Source: a virus (taxonomy: Duplodnaviria > Caudoviricetes). From it: 64,000 bases of DNA. The position numbers and the translations under genes are program-made. Where the stretch lies: positions 1 to 64,000 of the IMG/VR virus record IMGVR_UViG_3300028888_000073. One strand, given 5' to 3'. Shown here piece after piece: positions 21,007-30,964 of the stretch (its first letter is position 1; each line of letters opens with the position of its first letter). Under the pieces are notes generated by a model. It was given only the letters and a program-made list of their open reading frames with translations, searched no databases and was not told the DNA's origin.

Positions 21007-23016
21007 TCACCACGATATTATATCTGAATCGGCGTTTAATAAATTACTAAATATATCATCTGCTAGTTGTTGTCTTTGGTCAGTAGTTTTTCCTCCGGAC
21101 AACATTGCTTCTTCCATATTCTTCATAAATGATTCTCTAGGGTCTGTGTCATTATTTACATCGAATGCAACTTCAAATAATTGAAGTGAATCAATCAGGC
21201 TTTGTTTATGAAGTGTTGCATTCCAGAAAGCACCTGCAACAGAGTCAGACAAGTCCTTTGATCCGTCTATCGGGTGATCAATCTTACCAGTCTGAACATC
21301 TCTCTGTAATTGAATGAATTCTTTTTCAAGTAAATCAATCTGAATTAGACCGATTCTCCCGTCATTCATTGCAGATCGTAACGCAAGATATCCTTGTGGT
21401 GTTTTATCAAGTGAAACTATCTCTGCATCATAGCCTTGTGTGCGTAGTAATTGTTTAGTATCAGCAGATTGGAATCCGTCAAGCGATACTCCACGAATAT
21501 TAAACCCCGCCGCTTTCAGGAAATATATAAATTGTCGTGTTTTCTCTAGTGAGATTTCAGTACCTTGTGGTGCTTGTACTGCTAATGAGAATATATGTTT
21601 GTACGTTAATTCTTGTACAATTGATTCATCAGCACCGATATACTGTTTTGTTTCTTTTACTCCGGAAACGCCGACACTTGAAATACCAGTTTTATCGCCT
21701 GTCAGTGAAGCATCAATATGAATGAATTGTGGCATCATCTTGACAGCTTCCGGAATCTTATCAAGTTCCATGAAGTCAGCATAGTTAAGGTCATCTGACA
21801 TACCAACAGTTATAATATCAGCAGTAAACGGATTCTTATAGTCATCAATATAGCACTTTGAAAACATATCATAGTTAAAGAATGATACTGCACCAAATAC
21901 TGATCTTCCGGCAAGGTTCATAAGTGCCGTATTTACGTCAAGCATAAAACTCTGTTTCAGCTTTAGCGGAACATCAAGTATCTCATATCCCTGTTTAACG
22001 TATGCATTTAATTCTTCTTTTGATAAATTCTCAGGAAGAACCATTGACTTAAGTGTTCTATTTCCAACAGCAACTTGAAATCTTCCCTTGCCAAATGTAC
22101 TTTCCGGCTTAATTACCCACTGTGGTTCATCAACAATCATCAAATGCTGATCTTCACCATCTGCTTTCAGTTTTCTCAGATAAGATTCAAGAAAGTCATG
22201 CTCTGACTTTTTAGATGAAACTAGGAATAATCTTCCATACTGAACACCTTGTTTGATAAAACGTGAATTGATTCTTTCTTTAATAGTTGTATAGGCACTC
22301 ATAATTCCATTTTGAATATCAAGAACATTTCCACCCTTAATTCCGCCTTGCTTGAAGTCAATCTCATCCATGAATGCACAATAAACTTGCTGACCTAGAG
22401 CGTGTTCACCTTTAGAACCAAACGTAAGCTGTATATGATGTGGTGGATTATATCGCAGATTCTTTACACCTGTAACAGTACCCCGCTCCATAAACCACGG
22501 ACTGTTAATCAAGTATTCATGCATTGTTGTAAATCCGACACCCTCTGCAAGAGCCAATGTAATGTTTAGAAAGAATATTGTAATTTTATCTCCCTCATTA
22601 AACTTGAAATACTCTTGCGGATTTTTAAGACACATTAGCTTATATAGTAAATAACAGAGACTAATGACAGCCGTTCTTGTTTTTCCGACACCGATAGCTC
22701 CAGTTAGCACTATTTCTTCATAGCCAAGTGACGGATCAAATATTTCTCTATACTTCTTTCTCCAATATGGATAAATTGATTCTCCGTTTCTGGTAGACTT
22801 TCCTAAGTAATGTGGATTTGCTATGAACTCATCCACAGATATCGGTATTTCATCATAATCAGCTTTCCATATATCAAGAAGTGTTTCAGAACTGCCATGA
22901 TCTCTGTATTCTTCTAAAATTGTTAGAATTAATTTCTTATTATCGTCAGATAGATTGTTAAACTCTTGCTTAGATATTTTACTAATCTGATCAAGTGTAA
23001 ACATAAATTCCTCCAA
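21007..23016 (-). CDS. terL: Terminase large subunit
   Basis: Walker A GAIGVGKT, Walker B FMDE, nuclease HIDAS...D, DGFQS, KIDHP...KDLSD. Confidence 0.93.
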   Translation of the reverse strand: MEEFMFTLDQISKISKQEFNNLSDDNKKLILTILEEYRDHGSSETLLDIWKADYDEIPISVDEFIANPHYLGKSTRNGESIYPYWRKKYREIFDPSLGYEEIVLTGAIGVGKTRTAVISLCYLLYKLMCLKNPQEYFKFNEGDKITIFFLNITLALAEGVGFTTMHEYLINSPWFMERGTVTGVKNLRYNPPHHIQLTFGSKGEHALGQQVYCAFMDEIDFKQGGIKGGNVLDIQNGIMSAYTTIKERINSRFIKQGVQYGRLFLVSSKKSEHDFLESYLRKLKADGEDQHLMIVDEPQWVIKPESTFGKGRFQVAVGNRTLKSMVLPENLSKEELNAYVKQGYEILDVPLKLKQSFMLDVNTALMNLAGRSVFGAVSFFNYDMFSKCYIDDYKNPFTADIITVGMSDDLNYADFMELDKIPEAVKMMPQFIHIDASLTGDKTGISSVGVSGVKETKQYIGADESIVQELTYKHIFSLAVQAPQGTEISLEKTRQFIYFLKAAGFNIRGVSLDGFQSADTKQLLRTQGYDAEIVSLDKTPQGYLALRSAMNDGRIGLIQIDLLEKEFIQLQRDVQTGKIDHPIDGSKDLSDSVAGAFWNATLHKQSLIDSLQLFEVAFDVNNDTDPRESFMKNMEEAMLSGGKTTDQRQQLADDIFSNLLNADSDIISW

Positions 23017-23021
23017 ACATC

Positions 23022-23063
23022 AAAAAAAAAACGACTTACATTATATAAGATAATGTAAGTCGT
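23022..23063 (-). terminator. Intrinsic terminator upstream of terL
   Basis: ACGACTTACATTAT/ATAATGTAAGTCGT stem followed by a T run on the - strand. Confidence 0.75.
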
Positions 23064-23111
23064 ATTATAAAAAATATGTAACTTTTAAGTATAAAATTAG
23101 AACTCATGTAT

Positions 23112-23369
23112 TTAGTTTACTTTTTTAGATTTTGTAAACTTGAATATTAGCACATCCGCTCCGCCGACATTTTCCATATCAACGTCATACAGCTTATAAA
23201 TTTTGTTAATATCCATATCTTCGACATATACGTTTGCATTCTGATCTAGTGCCTTTATAAGCTGTTTCAGTTCCTTAATTCTAAACTTCTGACCGACTTG
23301 TGCATTTCCGGTTATTTCTTCTTCCGGATTATCTGTATTAATTTCCACTAAACTGATCATATCTATCAC
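23112..23369 (-). CDS. Hypothetical protein
   Basis: 85 aa ORF directly upstream of terL. Confidence 0.55.
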   Translation of the reverse strand: MIDMISLVEINTDNPEEEITGNAQVGQKFRIKELKQLIKALDQNANVYVEDMDINKIYKLYDVDMENVGGADVLIFKFTKSKKVN

Positions 23370-23449
23370 CTACAATAAAAAAGATAGTAGCTGTTTACAA
23401 CTACTATCTAATGTATGTATTATTTAATGAGTTGTGTAGAAGATTGATT

Positions 23450-23656
23450 TTAATACGGATCGCCTATACACGTATTGAATCTGTGATAATTTCCATTCTG
23501 GTACGTAACACCTACAACACACGCACCATACGGATTGTATTCATCAACTACTTTATGGTACGCTTCTTTCTTGCTTCCGGCTACAACGCTGACTAACTTT
23601 TCTTCAGAGAAGTTGTATTGCATATACGCAACTGTATATACACATCTTCTTTTCAT
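23450..23656 (-). CDS. Hypothetical protein (early operon)
   Basis: GGGGGTG RBS; last gene before the hairpin at 23382-23409. Confidence 0.65.
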   Translation of the reverse strand: MKRRCVYTVAYMQYNFSEEKLVSVVAGSKKEAYHKVVDEYNPYGACVVGVTYQNGNYHRFNTCIGDPY

Positions 23657-23659
23657 TGA

Positions 23660-23911
23660 TCACACCCCCAACACAATTTCAATTACCTTTGCATAAGTGA
23701 TATCACAGAAAAATTCCTTAATGAACTTCTGTGCTTCTTCACGGGTGTTAAACAGAGTGTATCCGCCTTTAAGCGAACATTCTCTGAATCACTCCCAAGC
23801 TGTCCAAAATACACCGTCAGGATCATCAATTGTTGCGTTTCCGTAGCTTTGTGCAAGATACATACGATCACCCCAAGTGTTGTCATCAACGATTACATAC
23901 TTAATAGTCAT
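23660..23911 (-). pseudogene. 84-codon ORF with an in-frame TGA at codon 41
   Basis: MTIKYVIVDD...FWTAWE*FRECSLKGGYTLFNTREEAQKF...LGV*; AAGGTGG RBS; fills the gap between its neighbours. Confidence 0.65.
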
Positions 23912-23926
23912 AACTGTTTTTCCACC

Positions 23927-24130
23927 TTACACACGATCAATAAAATAAATTGCATCCTTCTTAGTCATTCCGCATTTTTCGTAACGCTCAACTATTCCGT
24001 CAATCTGCTCCATTGCAAGTCTGGTGATTGTTTCAAAATCATCGTCACCCGCAAGGAGAATAAGGTCTTCAAAGTACGCCTTTTTGTCATCTGCATATTT
24101 CCGAACATCTATCTTATCAATAGCACTCAT
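23927..24130 (-). CDS. Hypothetical early protein
   Basis: Start corrected to MSAIDK (GAGG RBS); the track start lies inside the promoter. Confidence 0.7.
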   Translation of the reverse strand: MSAIDKIDVRKYADDKKAYFEDLILLAGDDDFETITRLAMEQIDGIVERYEKCGMTKKDAIYFIDRV

Positions 24131-24160
24131 ATCAAATACCTCACTTTCTAATCTTAACAC

Positions 24161-24203
24161 CCTCTTACAAATATAGTATAACATATTTTGAAAGAAATGT
24201 CAA
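24161..24203 (-). promoter_or_regulatory. sigmaA-type early promoter (repeated cassette)
   Basis: TTGACA-17 nt-TATACT with extended TG; preceded by a hairpin at 24227-24258. Confidence 0.85.
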
Positions 24204-24272
24204 GTAGTTTTTGAGAAAATAAAAATAAAAATCAGCACAAAGTTATGTGCTGATTTTTGTGTATAATGTATA

Positions 24273-24461
24273 TTATATTTCTTCTAAGAATCCGTCCTGA
24301 TCCAGACAGTTTTCAAGATAGTCACTAAAAGTTTCTGCTTCTGTTTCACCATCTCTGACCAACTCTCTGTATTCAGCTTTTAATTGTGAAAGTGTTATAA
24401 TGTCTCCGCTTTCCGCATCTCTGAACTTTCGTTCGTCAGACTCTAGTATTCTAAGTTTCAT
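24273..24461 (-). CDS. Small protein with N-terminal MKLRILE motif (putative capsid-internal)
   Basis: Shared N-terminal motif. Confidence 0.6.
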   Translation of the reverse strand: MKLRILESDERKFRDAESGDIITLSQLKAEYRELVRDGETEAETFSDYLENCLDQDGFLEEI

Positions 24462-24479
24462 CACATGACATCTCACCGA

Positions 24480-25130
24480 TTAAACTAGCTGTGAAAGTGT
24501 TGTATTTCTTGCAGTAATTGCACACAGTTCTCCGGTATCGTTCATTTTCAGAAGTGCTCCATTCAGACCGTACACACCTCTTGAAATTCCGACAACTTCA
24601 TAACCTCTTTCCCAAAGTTCATTCGCATCATCGAAAGAATAAGTAGTTACATCAATAGCTTTTCCAGAACGTACCATGTCTCTAAGCTGTTTCTGTGTAT
24701 AAGTCTTTCTTCCAGAACGTGCTTCTCTCATAGAACGTGTTCTTCTGGACACGGACTCATTTCTGCGTTCCTCTTTTTCTTCCTCAACTCTAGCAATAAC
24801 AGGCTTTAGAACCTCTTTGTATTCCATACCATTCTTACTAAGCCATCTCTTAGCCATTTCAGAAGTTACGCGAACGCCAGTGTCGTATCTGTCTGCAACA
24901 TCCTGAAACAGATCAAGCATTGCTTCATATGCTACAGAATAGGACTTTCTACGATTGTTGAACATCTGATCATAGAGTTTCTTTGTGTTCATCAGCCAAA
25001 GTTCAACCTGATCAGAAAGATATACCGGATCAACTTTACCATCAGAATCAGCAAAATCAGCCTGTAGTGCATCATACACCTTTGAACTGTAACCCTTATT
25101 TGCTTCGTTAATATATAGTCTCTTTACCAT
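24480..25130 (-). CDS. Two-domain protein with MVKRLYINE N-terminus and an internal NESVSRR linker
   Basis: Shared motif; Arg-rich linker between two domains. Confidence 0.65.
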   Translation of the reverse strand: MVKRLYINEANKGYSSKVYDALQADFADSDGKVDPVYLSDQVELWLMNTKKLYDQMFNNRRKSYSVAYEAMLDLFQDVADRYDTGVRVTSEMAKRWLSKNGMEYKEVLKPVIARVEEEKEERRNESVSRRTRSMREARSGRKTYTQKQLRDMVRSGKAIDVTTYSFDDANELWERGYEVVGISRGVYGLNGALLKMNDTGELCAITARNTTLSQLV

Positions 25131-25151
25131 CTCTAATCTATCCTTTCTATA

Positions 25152-25472
25152 TTAAATATATCCTAGTTTATCACATGCAAATACAAATGCGGCGGCTTCA
25201 CGATCACTTGAAATTGCGTCATGTCTGTACTTAACAAAATCAGTAACAAGTTGCTTAAACTGACCATCTTTTGCAAGTTCATCATCAAAGAATTCTACAG
25301 CTTCATCATAACCTGCAACATACGCATCAGCATTATAGAGATATTCATATTCATCTCCAAACTCTTGTGCTAGTCGCTGAATATCGAATGAATTAGATTT
25401 TTCATATCTTCGATTGAACGCATCAGAATATCCAAGTGTATCAAAATCACTTTCATTGATTCTTAGTTTCAT
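25152..25472 (-). CDS. Protein with N-terminal MKLRINE motif
   Basis: Shared motif; GAGG RBS. Confidence 0.65.
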   Translation of the reverse strand: MKLRINESDFDTLGYSDAFNRRYEKSNSFDIQRLAQEFGDEYEYLYNADAYVAGYDEAVEFFDDELAKDGQFKQLVTDFVKYRHDAISSDREAAAFVFACDKLGYI

Positions 25473-25572
25473 ATTACTCACACCTCAACAATACTAAATA
25501 ATGTATACACATACGATACACACTATTTAATGTTAGTTAGTGTTATTTTTATTTGATTTTTTCTAATTATTT

Positions 25573-25773
25573 TTAGCAATCAGATGATACAGTAAGGAGT
25601 GCTCTTTTGTCATTAGTGAAACCATTTACATCAACCGAAATTTCTTCAATTTCATAAATATATGTAAATTCTCCATCACAGACATCAAGACAAATATCAA
25701 CGTCAACATTTCCAACATCATATCTAAGTTTTTCAAGTTCATTGATCAATTCATTTATCTTCATTTGTACCAC
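25573..25773 (-). CDS. Hypothetical protein
   Basis: MKINELINEL...GNVDV type of small phage protein. Confidence 0.55.
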   Translation of the reverse strand: MVQMKINELINELEKLRYDVGNVDVDICLDVCDGEFTYIYEIEEISVDVNGFTNDKRALLTVSSDC

Positions 25774-25784
25774 CTCTGAATTAA

Positions 25785-26042
25785 TTAGAAAGCTGTAAGT
25801 TTGTCAAACATATCAAGTGCAAACCTTTCTGCCTGAACACGCCAACGGCTCATCCTTGTAAGGATTTCCGTTTCAAGAATATTTTGAAGTTCATCACGCA
25901 TCTTTTCATCATCACCACTCATCGGAACCATTCTAGCCTGTGACACTGTTCTGTAGTCGATAAGAAGAAAATCATCATAAGCCTTGCTGATATCCTCAGT
26001 TGTGTATTTTTCATATAAACCTTTAATCGCCGCTTCGTACAT
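25785..26042 (-). CDS. Hypothetical protein
   Basis: G-rich RBS; operon context. Confidence 0.6.
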   Translation of the reverse strand: MYEAAIKGLYEKYTTEDISKAYDDFLLIDYRTVSQARMVPMSGDDEKMRDELQNILETEILTRMSRWRVQAERFALDMFDKLTAF

Positions 26043-26056
26043 TTGTGTACCCCCCC

Positions 26057-26368
26057 TTAATTATTTATAATATTATCAACAAATTTATCAGAAAGATAAA
26101 ATTTGTTCTTTCCGTGATCATCCGGAATAAGCACGTTCATTTGAATCAACCGTAAACACGCCTTGCGGATATTTGGCTCTTCGCCATAAATCATCCTTTC
26201 ATCGGAATCTTTTCTTGTAAGTTTTCTACCAAGTTTGCGTGTTATGTCAGAATATCCGCCGATTACGGGATTACCTTGAAGTGATTCTTTATGGAACAAT
26301 TCAATTATTTCTCTTTCCAATATTGAAAGTTTGGAAAACTTAATTGCGAATTCAAGCATCTTATCCAT
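26057..26368 (-). CDS. Putative winged-helix DNA-binding protein
   Basis: YSDITRKLG...NIRKACLRLIQMNVL...KFYL pattern. Confidence 0.45.
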   Translation of the reverse strand: MDKMLEFAIKFSKLSILEREIIELFHKESLQGNPVIGGYSDITRKLGRKLTRKDSDERMIYGEEPNIRKACLRLIQMNVLIPDDHGKNKFYLSDKFVDNIINN

Positions 26369-26404
26369 TTAATCACCTCATAAGTAATCCCGCAATTGAA
26401 AGTG

Positions 26405-26884
26405 TTAGCCGCCAATGACATTCTTCTTAAACAGTTCTGCTTCAAATTCAAGCATATTATCATTGTTGTAATCCTCAATCATGCTGTCATACAGCTTCTT
26501 GAAGAATTTGTCAAGTGTTTTGATGATCTTGTCAGCGTCACCAACTGTCTTTCTAAATGTAACCTTCTTAAGATCACAGTACAGATATTTGCTTTCCGGC
26601 TTAACTGCATAACACTTATCGTAGCACTCAATTGTCACGGTATCCGGAAGATAATCATCCGCAGTTGTTCCTTTTGGAAGGTCAATCTTAAAACTTACTT
26701 TCATCGGATCATTATGAGAAATGTTGTTCGGAAATTCTGTCTTATCTTTTGCAAGGTAGCAATCAATGAAGATTACAGTACCTAAACAGTTTGCAACCTG
26801 CGCAATGCACATGCAGTCATTGAAATAGATTTTATACTTCTCAGTGATAGCTTCCAGAAAATCTTTGATCACAGTCTTAGTCAT
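26405..26884 (-). CDS. Hypothetical early protein
   Basis: GAGG RBS; downstream of a sigmaA promoter. Confidence 0.65.
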   Translation of the reverse strand: MTKTVIKDFLEAITEKYKIYFNDCMCIAQVANCLGTVIFIDCYLAKDKTEFPNNISHNDPMKVSFKIDLPKGTTADDYLPDTVTIECYDKCYAVKPESKYLYCDLKKVTFRKTVGDADKIIKTLDKFFKKLYDSMIEDYNNDNMLEFEAELFKKNVIGG

Positions 26885-26902
26885 TTCATTTACCTCTCTT
26901 TC

Positions 26903-27238
26903 TTACCACATGGACTTTTTGAACAGTCCTGTCTTCTTGATCTCATCAATGGTAGGATTTTTGTGCTTCAACCAAAGCCAAATCTTATTTGCTTCTTCTC
27001 TTGTCTTGAAAACTGCTTCCAGTCTGATATCGCTAAACGTATCAGCGACCTTACAACCTTTGCGGTAGATATCATCATGCCAAGAACAGATACGAATTTT
27101 GTATTCATTTGTTGCAATTTCATCAGGGTAATCCGCCATTCCGTATTCACCATAATATTCATCATCAACCAATACGAAAGTCATCACCATGTAATCTTCT
27201 GTCTCAATGTCACCCTTATAATTTCTTCTCCACTTCAT
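26903..27238 (-). CDS. Hypothetical early protein
   Basis: First gene after the promoter at 27287-27315; FKTREEA motif. Confidence 0.65.
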   Translation of the reverse strand: MKWRRNYKGDIETEDYMVMTFVLVDDEYYGEYGMADYPDEIATNEYKIRICSWHDDIYRKGCKVADTFSDIRLEAVFKTREEANKIWLWLKHKNPTIDEIKKTGLFKKSMW

Positions 27239-27272
27239 AATAATGACACCTCACTTCCAACTCATTAACCTC

Positions 27273-27315
27273 TCTCTTACAAATATAGTATAACATATTT
27301 TAGAGAAAATGTCAA
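27273..27315 (-). promoter_or_regulatory. sigmaA-type early promoter (repeated cassette)
   Basis: TTGACA-17 nt-TATACT; hairpin at 27339-27370 just upstream. Confidence 0.85.
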
Positions 27316-27389
27316 GTAGTTTTTGAAAAATTACAAAGAAAAACTCCGACAAATTTATGCCGGAGTTTTTGTATATATTGACAATTACA

Positions 27390-27671
27390 TCACAGTTCGT
27401 GTGCAACCATCCCAAACAAGGTTTCAAGAAATTCCCTCGCTTTTTCATTGTCACCGAGATCAAGTGTATCTTGTCTGATCTCATTGTCAAGCATGTCATA
27501 CATCTTTTCCAGTGCCTTGTACATACTATCGCTATTTGCGAGTTCTTCATGAATAACCTTTGCATAGTCATACGAAACGTACCGTTCTGCAATCTGCGTA
27601 ATGTCAGAATCGCTCATAAGAAGTTCATACTTATCCGGTGTCTGCACAGACACTTTACTTGAATTCAGCAT
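27390..27671 (-). CDS. Hypothetical protein
   Basis: AGGAGG RBS. Confidence 0.65.
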   Translation of the reverse strand: MLNSSKVSVQTPDKYELLMSDSDITQIAERYVSYDYAKVIHEELANSDSMYKALEKMYDMLDNEIRQDTLDLGDNEKAREFLETLFGMVAHEL

Positions 27672-27780
27672 ATTAATTTTCCTCCTAATAAATCATCATA
27701 ATTCAAACCTAGGTAAAATTCTAGGATTCACAAACACTTTAAGAACTGAGTGTCCGTAAACACATGACCCTAAAAAAATT

Positions 27781-28224
27781 TCAAATATTTCGTTCAATTT
27801 TTAAGAATATCAACATCAACAACAAACATACTATTGGACAGACAAATGTTATTAACAATACAATATTAAATTGTTCACTTGTGTAAGTGTCGTTCGGATA
27901 AACAGTATCCAAATAATGAGCATATAAAATTCCTCCGAAAAAACATATAACTGCAAGAACATCAAATAATATAACGAAAAATTTTATAATTAGTGATACT
28001 GCTTTTCCAATTACTGTTAAATTATTAGACTGAAATATGTCAAATTCACAGGAACAGTCAAGGCAAACATAATCACTGTCAATATCTACCTCGCCATCTT
28101 CTACCTTTCTAACATTTGTACTTTGGCAATCAGGGCAGATTGGAATAGGATCATACAAATCAATATAACCGTTACCATGCTTGTACACATGATACTCTTG
28201 TGATCTCTCACGAAATTTCAACAT
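27781..28224 (-). CDS. Zinc-ribbon membrane protein
   Basis: CPDC...CLDC plus two hydrophobic helices. Confidence 0.65.
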   Translation of the reverse strand: MLKFRERSQEYHVYKHGNGYIDLYDPIPICPDCQSTNVRKVEDGEVDIDSDYVCLDCSCEFDIFQSNNLTVIGKAVSLIIKFFVILFDVLAVICFFGGILYAHYLDTVYPNDTYTSEQFNIVLLITFVCPIVCLLLMLIFLKIERNI

Positions 28225-28270
28225 GTAATAATTTCACCAATCCTTTTATAATATAGGCATTCTCCACAAT

Positions 28271-29065
28271 TTAGTGGAGAATGACTCTAAGGTGCAATCT
28301 CTGGATGTTATAGCCACCTGCTTGAATTGTTTCAAGTCTTGTAGTACCTTTTTCGCCAACAACCGTACCATTAATTGCCGGACCATTCAGGTAAAGATCA
28401 TGATAATCAACAATGTCACCAACCTTTTTTGTCACTCTTCTATACAGGTCAGATACATACGCCTGTGCTTTGCGTTCTGCAAGCTGTCTGATTTCATTCT
28501 TATCCCATGCCATAGCTTTGTCATAATCAGAGCCAAATGCTTTGTACAATTTAGACACGGGAGTTCCGGTCGCTTTCAACTGACGAATATGTTCATAAAG
28601 GTATTCAATAGATTTTTCACATTCAGGAATCATTGCATCAATAAGTTCAAGGAAAAGCGGCGGCATGTCATACAACTTCTCTTCCTTTTCCGCCATCTTA
28701 TCAAGTCTCGCCTGATTATCTCTAATCTTTTCGTCAAGTTCAATAATTTTATTTTGACTACGTACAATGTCCTGTGTCACATTAAGCAAATCAATCCATG
28801 CGTTGCGGAGTGTTGTGTCATCTATACCTCTAATGTCATCTTCAAGAACCTCAATATCAAACTCATCATAAAAATGAGTACCATACTTATTATGATATCT
28901 CGATTCCTTATACTGAATATCATCAATCGGTTTAAGTCCAAGCTGTCTGCATTTATCCATAAGTTTCTGTCTTTTCTGTTCAAGTTTGTTAATTCTGTCC
29001 TCTTTTTTCGCAACGTCATCTTCAAGTTTTGCAAGTCTTTCACGGATTGTATCAATAGTTATCAT
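28271..29065 (-). CDS. Coiled-coil phage protein of unknown function
   Basis: Coiled-coil N-terminus; C-terminal TIQAGGYNIQRLHLRV motif. Confidence 0.7.
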   Translation of the reverse strand: MITIDTIRERLAKLEDDVAKKEDRINKLEQKRQKLMDKCRQLGLKPIDDIQYKESRYHNKYGTHFYDEFDIEVLEDDIRGIDDTTLRNAWIDLLNVTQDIVRSQNKIIELDEKIRDNQARLDKMAEKEEKLYDMPPLFLELIDAMIPECEKSIEYLYEHIRQLKATGTPVSKLYKAFGSDYDKAMAWDKNEIRQLAERKAQAYVSDLYRRVTKKVGDIVDYHDLYLNGPAINGTVVGEKGTTRLETIQAGGYNIQRLHLRVILH

Positions 29066-29067
29066 TG

Positions 29068-29325
29068 TTACTCTCCTTTCACAAACTCACCAAGCCACTT
29101 AATTTTTGCTTCATACTTCTTGCACACACGGTTGTATTCCGTAGTGTAAGGAGTTCCGTCAAATTCCTCTTTGAATTTCTTGTACTCATCAGTGTACTTA
29201 TCACGGTAGATTTTTGCATCTGCCGCTTCGATTTCATCCGAACCTGCATCGGTCAGGATTGTTCCATAGAAAAGGATTTTCTCACGATCAGTGTTCTTTG
29301 TCATATCAGTACCTACCTTTCTCAC
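29068..29325 (-). CDS. Hypothetical early protein
   Basis: First gene after a promoter; probable start MTKNT. Confidence 0.6.
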   Translation of the reverse strand: MRKVGTDMTKNTDREKILFYGTILTDAGSDEIEAADAKIYRDKYTDEYKKFKEEFDGTPYTTEYNRVCKKYEAKIKWLGEFVKGE

Positions 29326-29337
29326 TCACAGGGCATC

Positions 29338-29380
29338 CCTCTTACAAATATAGTATAACATATTTGTAAGTAAATGTCAA
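29338..29380 (-). promoter_or_regulatory. sigmaA-type early promoter (repeated cassette)
   Basis: TTGACA-17 nt-TATACT; hairpin CAAGGGTTTT...AAAACCCTTG at 29378-29411. Confidence 0.85.
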
Positions 29381-29449
29381 GGGTTTTCAAGAAATTTCTC
29401 AAAAACCCTTGTAGAAAATATTTATCAAATTTTAGATAAATTGCACAAA

Positions 29450-30334
29450 TCAATAATTACGGAATCCTCCGTCATATCTGTAAGGACGTACCGGATTATA
29501 CTTGTCAATTCCTAAGTCTCTTAATTTATTCTTTGCCTGTTTCTGCGTATAGTAGGTTGTAGGATTCTCAGGTGTTGCTTCATTCGGACCAAGTGTTGCA
29601 ATAAGTCTCGCAACAGTTTCATTGTCAAATACAAACCCTGAACCTTTCTTTTTAAGTCTGACTGCCTTATTATCATTCTGATATTTAAGTTCACTTGCAG
29701 TTCCGCCCGGAGTGATATTTGAATTAAATACTACCCATGCTTCATCAAAGTAGTTACCGCCCTCAGATGTTAGGAAGCGCGGAAGGAAGTCATTTACCTG
29801 ATTATGAATCTTATGGAAAATTTCATCAGATACAACTCTATCTCTCATAAGATTTCTAACCATAGCTTCTTCTCTATTTGTAACAACCCAAACAAAACAA
29901 ATCTTGTAACCCATATCACCAATAAGATCAACAATATTATCAAAATCTTCTCTCTCTTTTGCTGTAATATCGAAGATAATATTTGGAAGACGTGTTACAT
30001 CGTCAGATCGACCCCGTGTAAAATACTGACGCTGTTCTTTACCATATTTCTTTGTAGCCATGTGCAGATAGGAGACATCTTCCGGATTCTTAAAATCAAA
30101 ATCCTTTTTCTGTGCGCGTTTTGATAGTTCGTATCTATCATCCTTTACAACCTTTGCATATAATTCTTTAATGGCATCAACATCAAATATTTTAGCTTTA
30201 ATTCCAAGAACATTTTTAATAACATTACCTTTACCACTGCCAGAGCCTCCGCCCATGATAACACACCAACCGTACTTAGGTGAAATTTCTCCATTAAAAG
30301 AAATCATTTTATCTTCATTAATAATTCTAATCAT
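29450..30334 (-). CDS. P-loop kinase (zeta-toxin/AAA_33-like) with MIRIINE N-terminus
   Basis: MGGGSGSGKG Walker A, DVD, IIFDIT, RNLMRDRVV lid. Confidence 0.75.
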   Translation of the reverse strand: MIRIINEDKMISFNGEISPKYGWCVIMGGGSGSGKGNVIKNVLGIKAKIFDVDAIKELYAKVVKDDRYELSKRAQKKDFDFKNPEDVSYLHMATKKYGKEQRQYFTRGRSDDVTRLPNIIFDITAKEREDFDNIVDLIGDMGYKICFVWVVTNREEAMVRNLMRDRVVSDEIFHKIHNQVNDFLPRFLTSEGGNYFDEAWVVFNSNITPGGTASELKYQNDNKAVRLKKKGSGFVFDNETVARLIATLGPNEATPENPTTYYTQKQAKNKLRDLGIDKYNPVRPYRYDGGFRNY

Positions 30335-30449
30335 GTATAACTACCCTTTCATAAAAAATTACAGAGCACATCTGATAGCGTTATGCCGCTACGTACTCTG
30401 TAATATATAATGTTGTAATCATTTATTTTTTTTTGAAAAACTTATTTAT

Positions 30450-30950
30450 TTATTGAACAAGTAAATCTCTCTGTTTTAATTTTTCATACAGATCACGGAA
30501 TATGACTTTCATATCATGCGGTGTATTTGTATAAATAGTTCCTGTAGTTATTTCAGTAGGGTATTCGTACATTTCTCCGGCATACGTGTCTGTAAATGTT
30601 GCGTTATTCGGAACAAAGATCAATCCTGCAACTTTTCTCTTAAGTCCATAGTAATAATCACAGTACACTTCATAATCTTCATAACCGTCATAATCTTCAT
30701 CTTCCTCGCGGATACGATCAATTCCAACTTTTCTAAAATCAACAAATCCAGACTTAGCAAGGTATTCAATGATCATTGCATGTGTCATTCTAGTTGAATC
30801 AATAATTGCCCAAAGATCAATATTACTGTCATACACTACTCTGTAATTCTTTGGTTTATTTATTAGAAAGTTTACAATATCACCAACATAATCTGTAACA
30901 GTGATTCCGTTTTCAAGAACTTCAAGACCCTCTTTAATCATTATTTTCAT
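30450..30950 (-). CDS. Hypothetical protein with MKIMIKE N-terminus
   Basis: Shared motif. Confidence 0.6.
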   Translation of the reverse strand: MKIMIKEGLEVLENGITVTDYVGDIVNFLINKPKNYRVVYDSNIDLWAIIDSTRMTHAMIIEYLAKSGFVDFRKVGIDRIREEDEDYDGYEDYEVYCDYYYGLKRKVAGLIFVPNNATFTDTYAGEMYEYPTEITTGTIYTNTPHDMKVIFRDLYEKLKQRDLLVQ

Positions 30951-30964
30951 TTAATCACATCCAA

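Noticed and set aside
23683-23889. 68-aa track ORF
   Set aside because: No RBS; the alternative frame 23660-23911 has an RBS and fits the operon.
25573-25773. MKINELINE as a member of the tagged family
   Set aside because: Better explained as the common MKxxELIxxL start of small phage proteins, and it lies in an early operon.
28274-29149. 291-aa + strand ORF
   Set aside because: Antisense shadow of a well-formed - strand gene; I/F-rich composition; no RBS or promoter.
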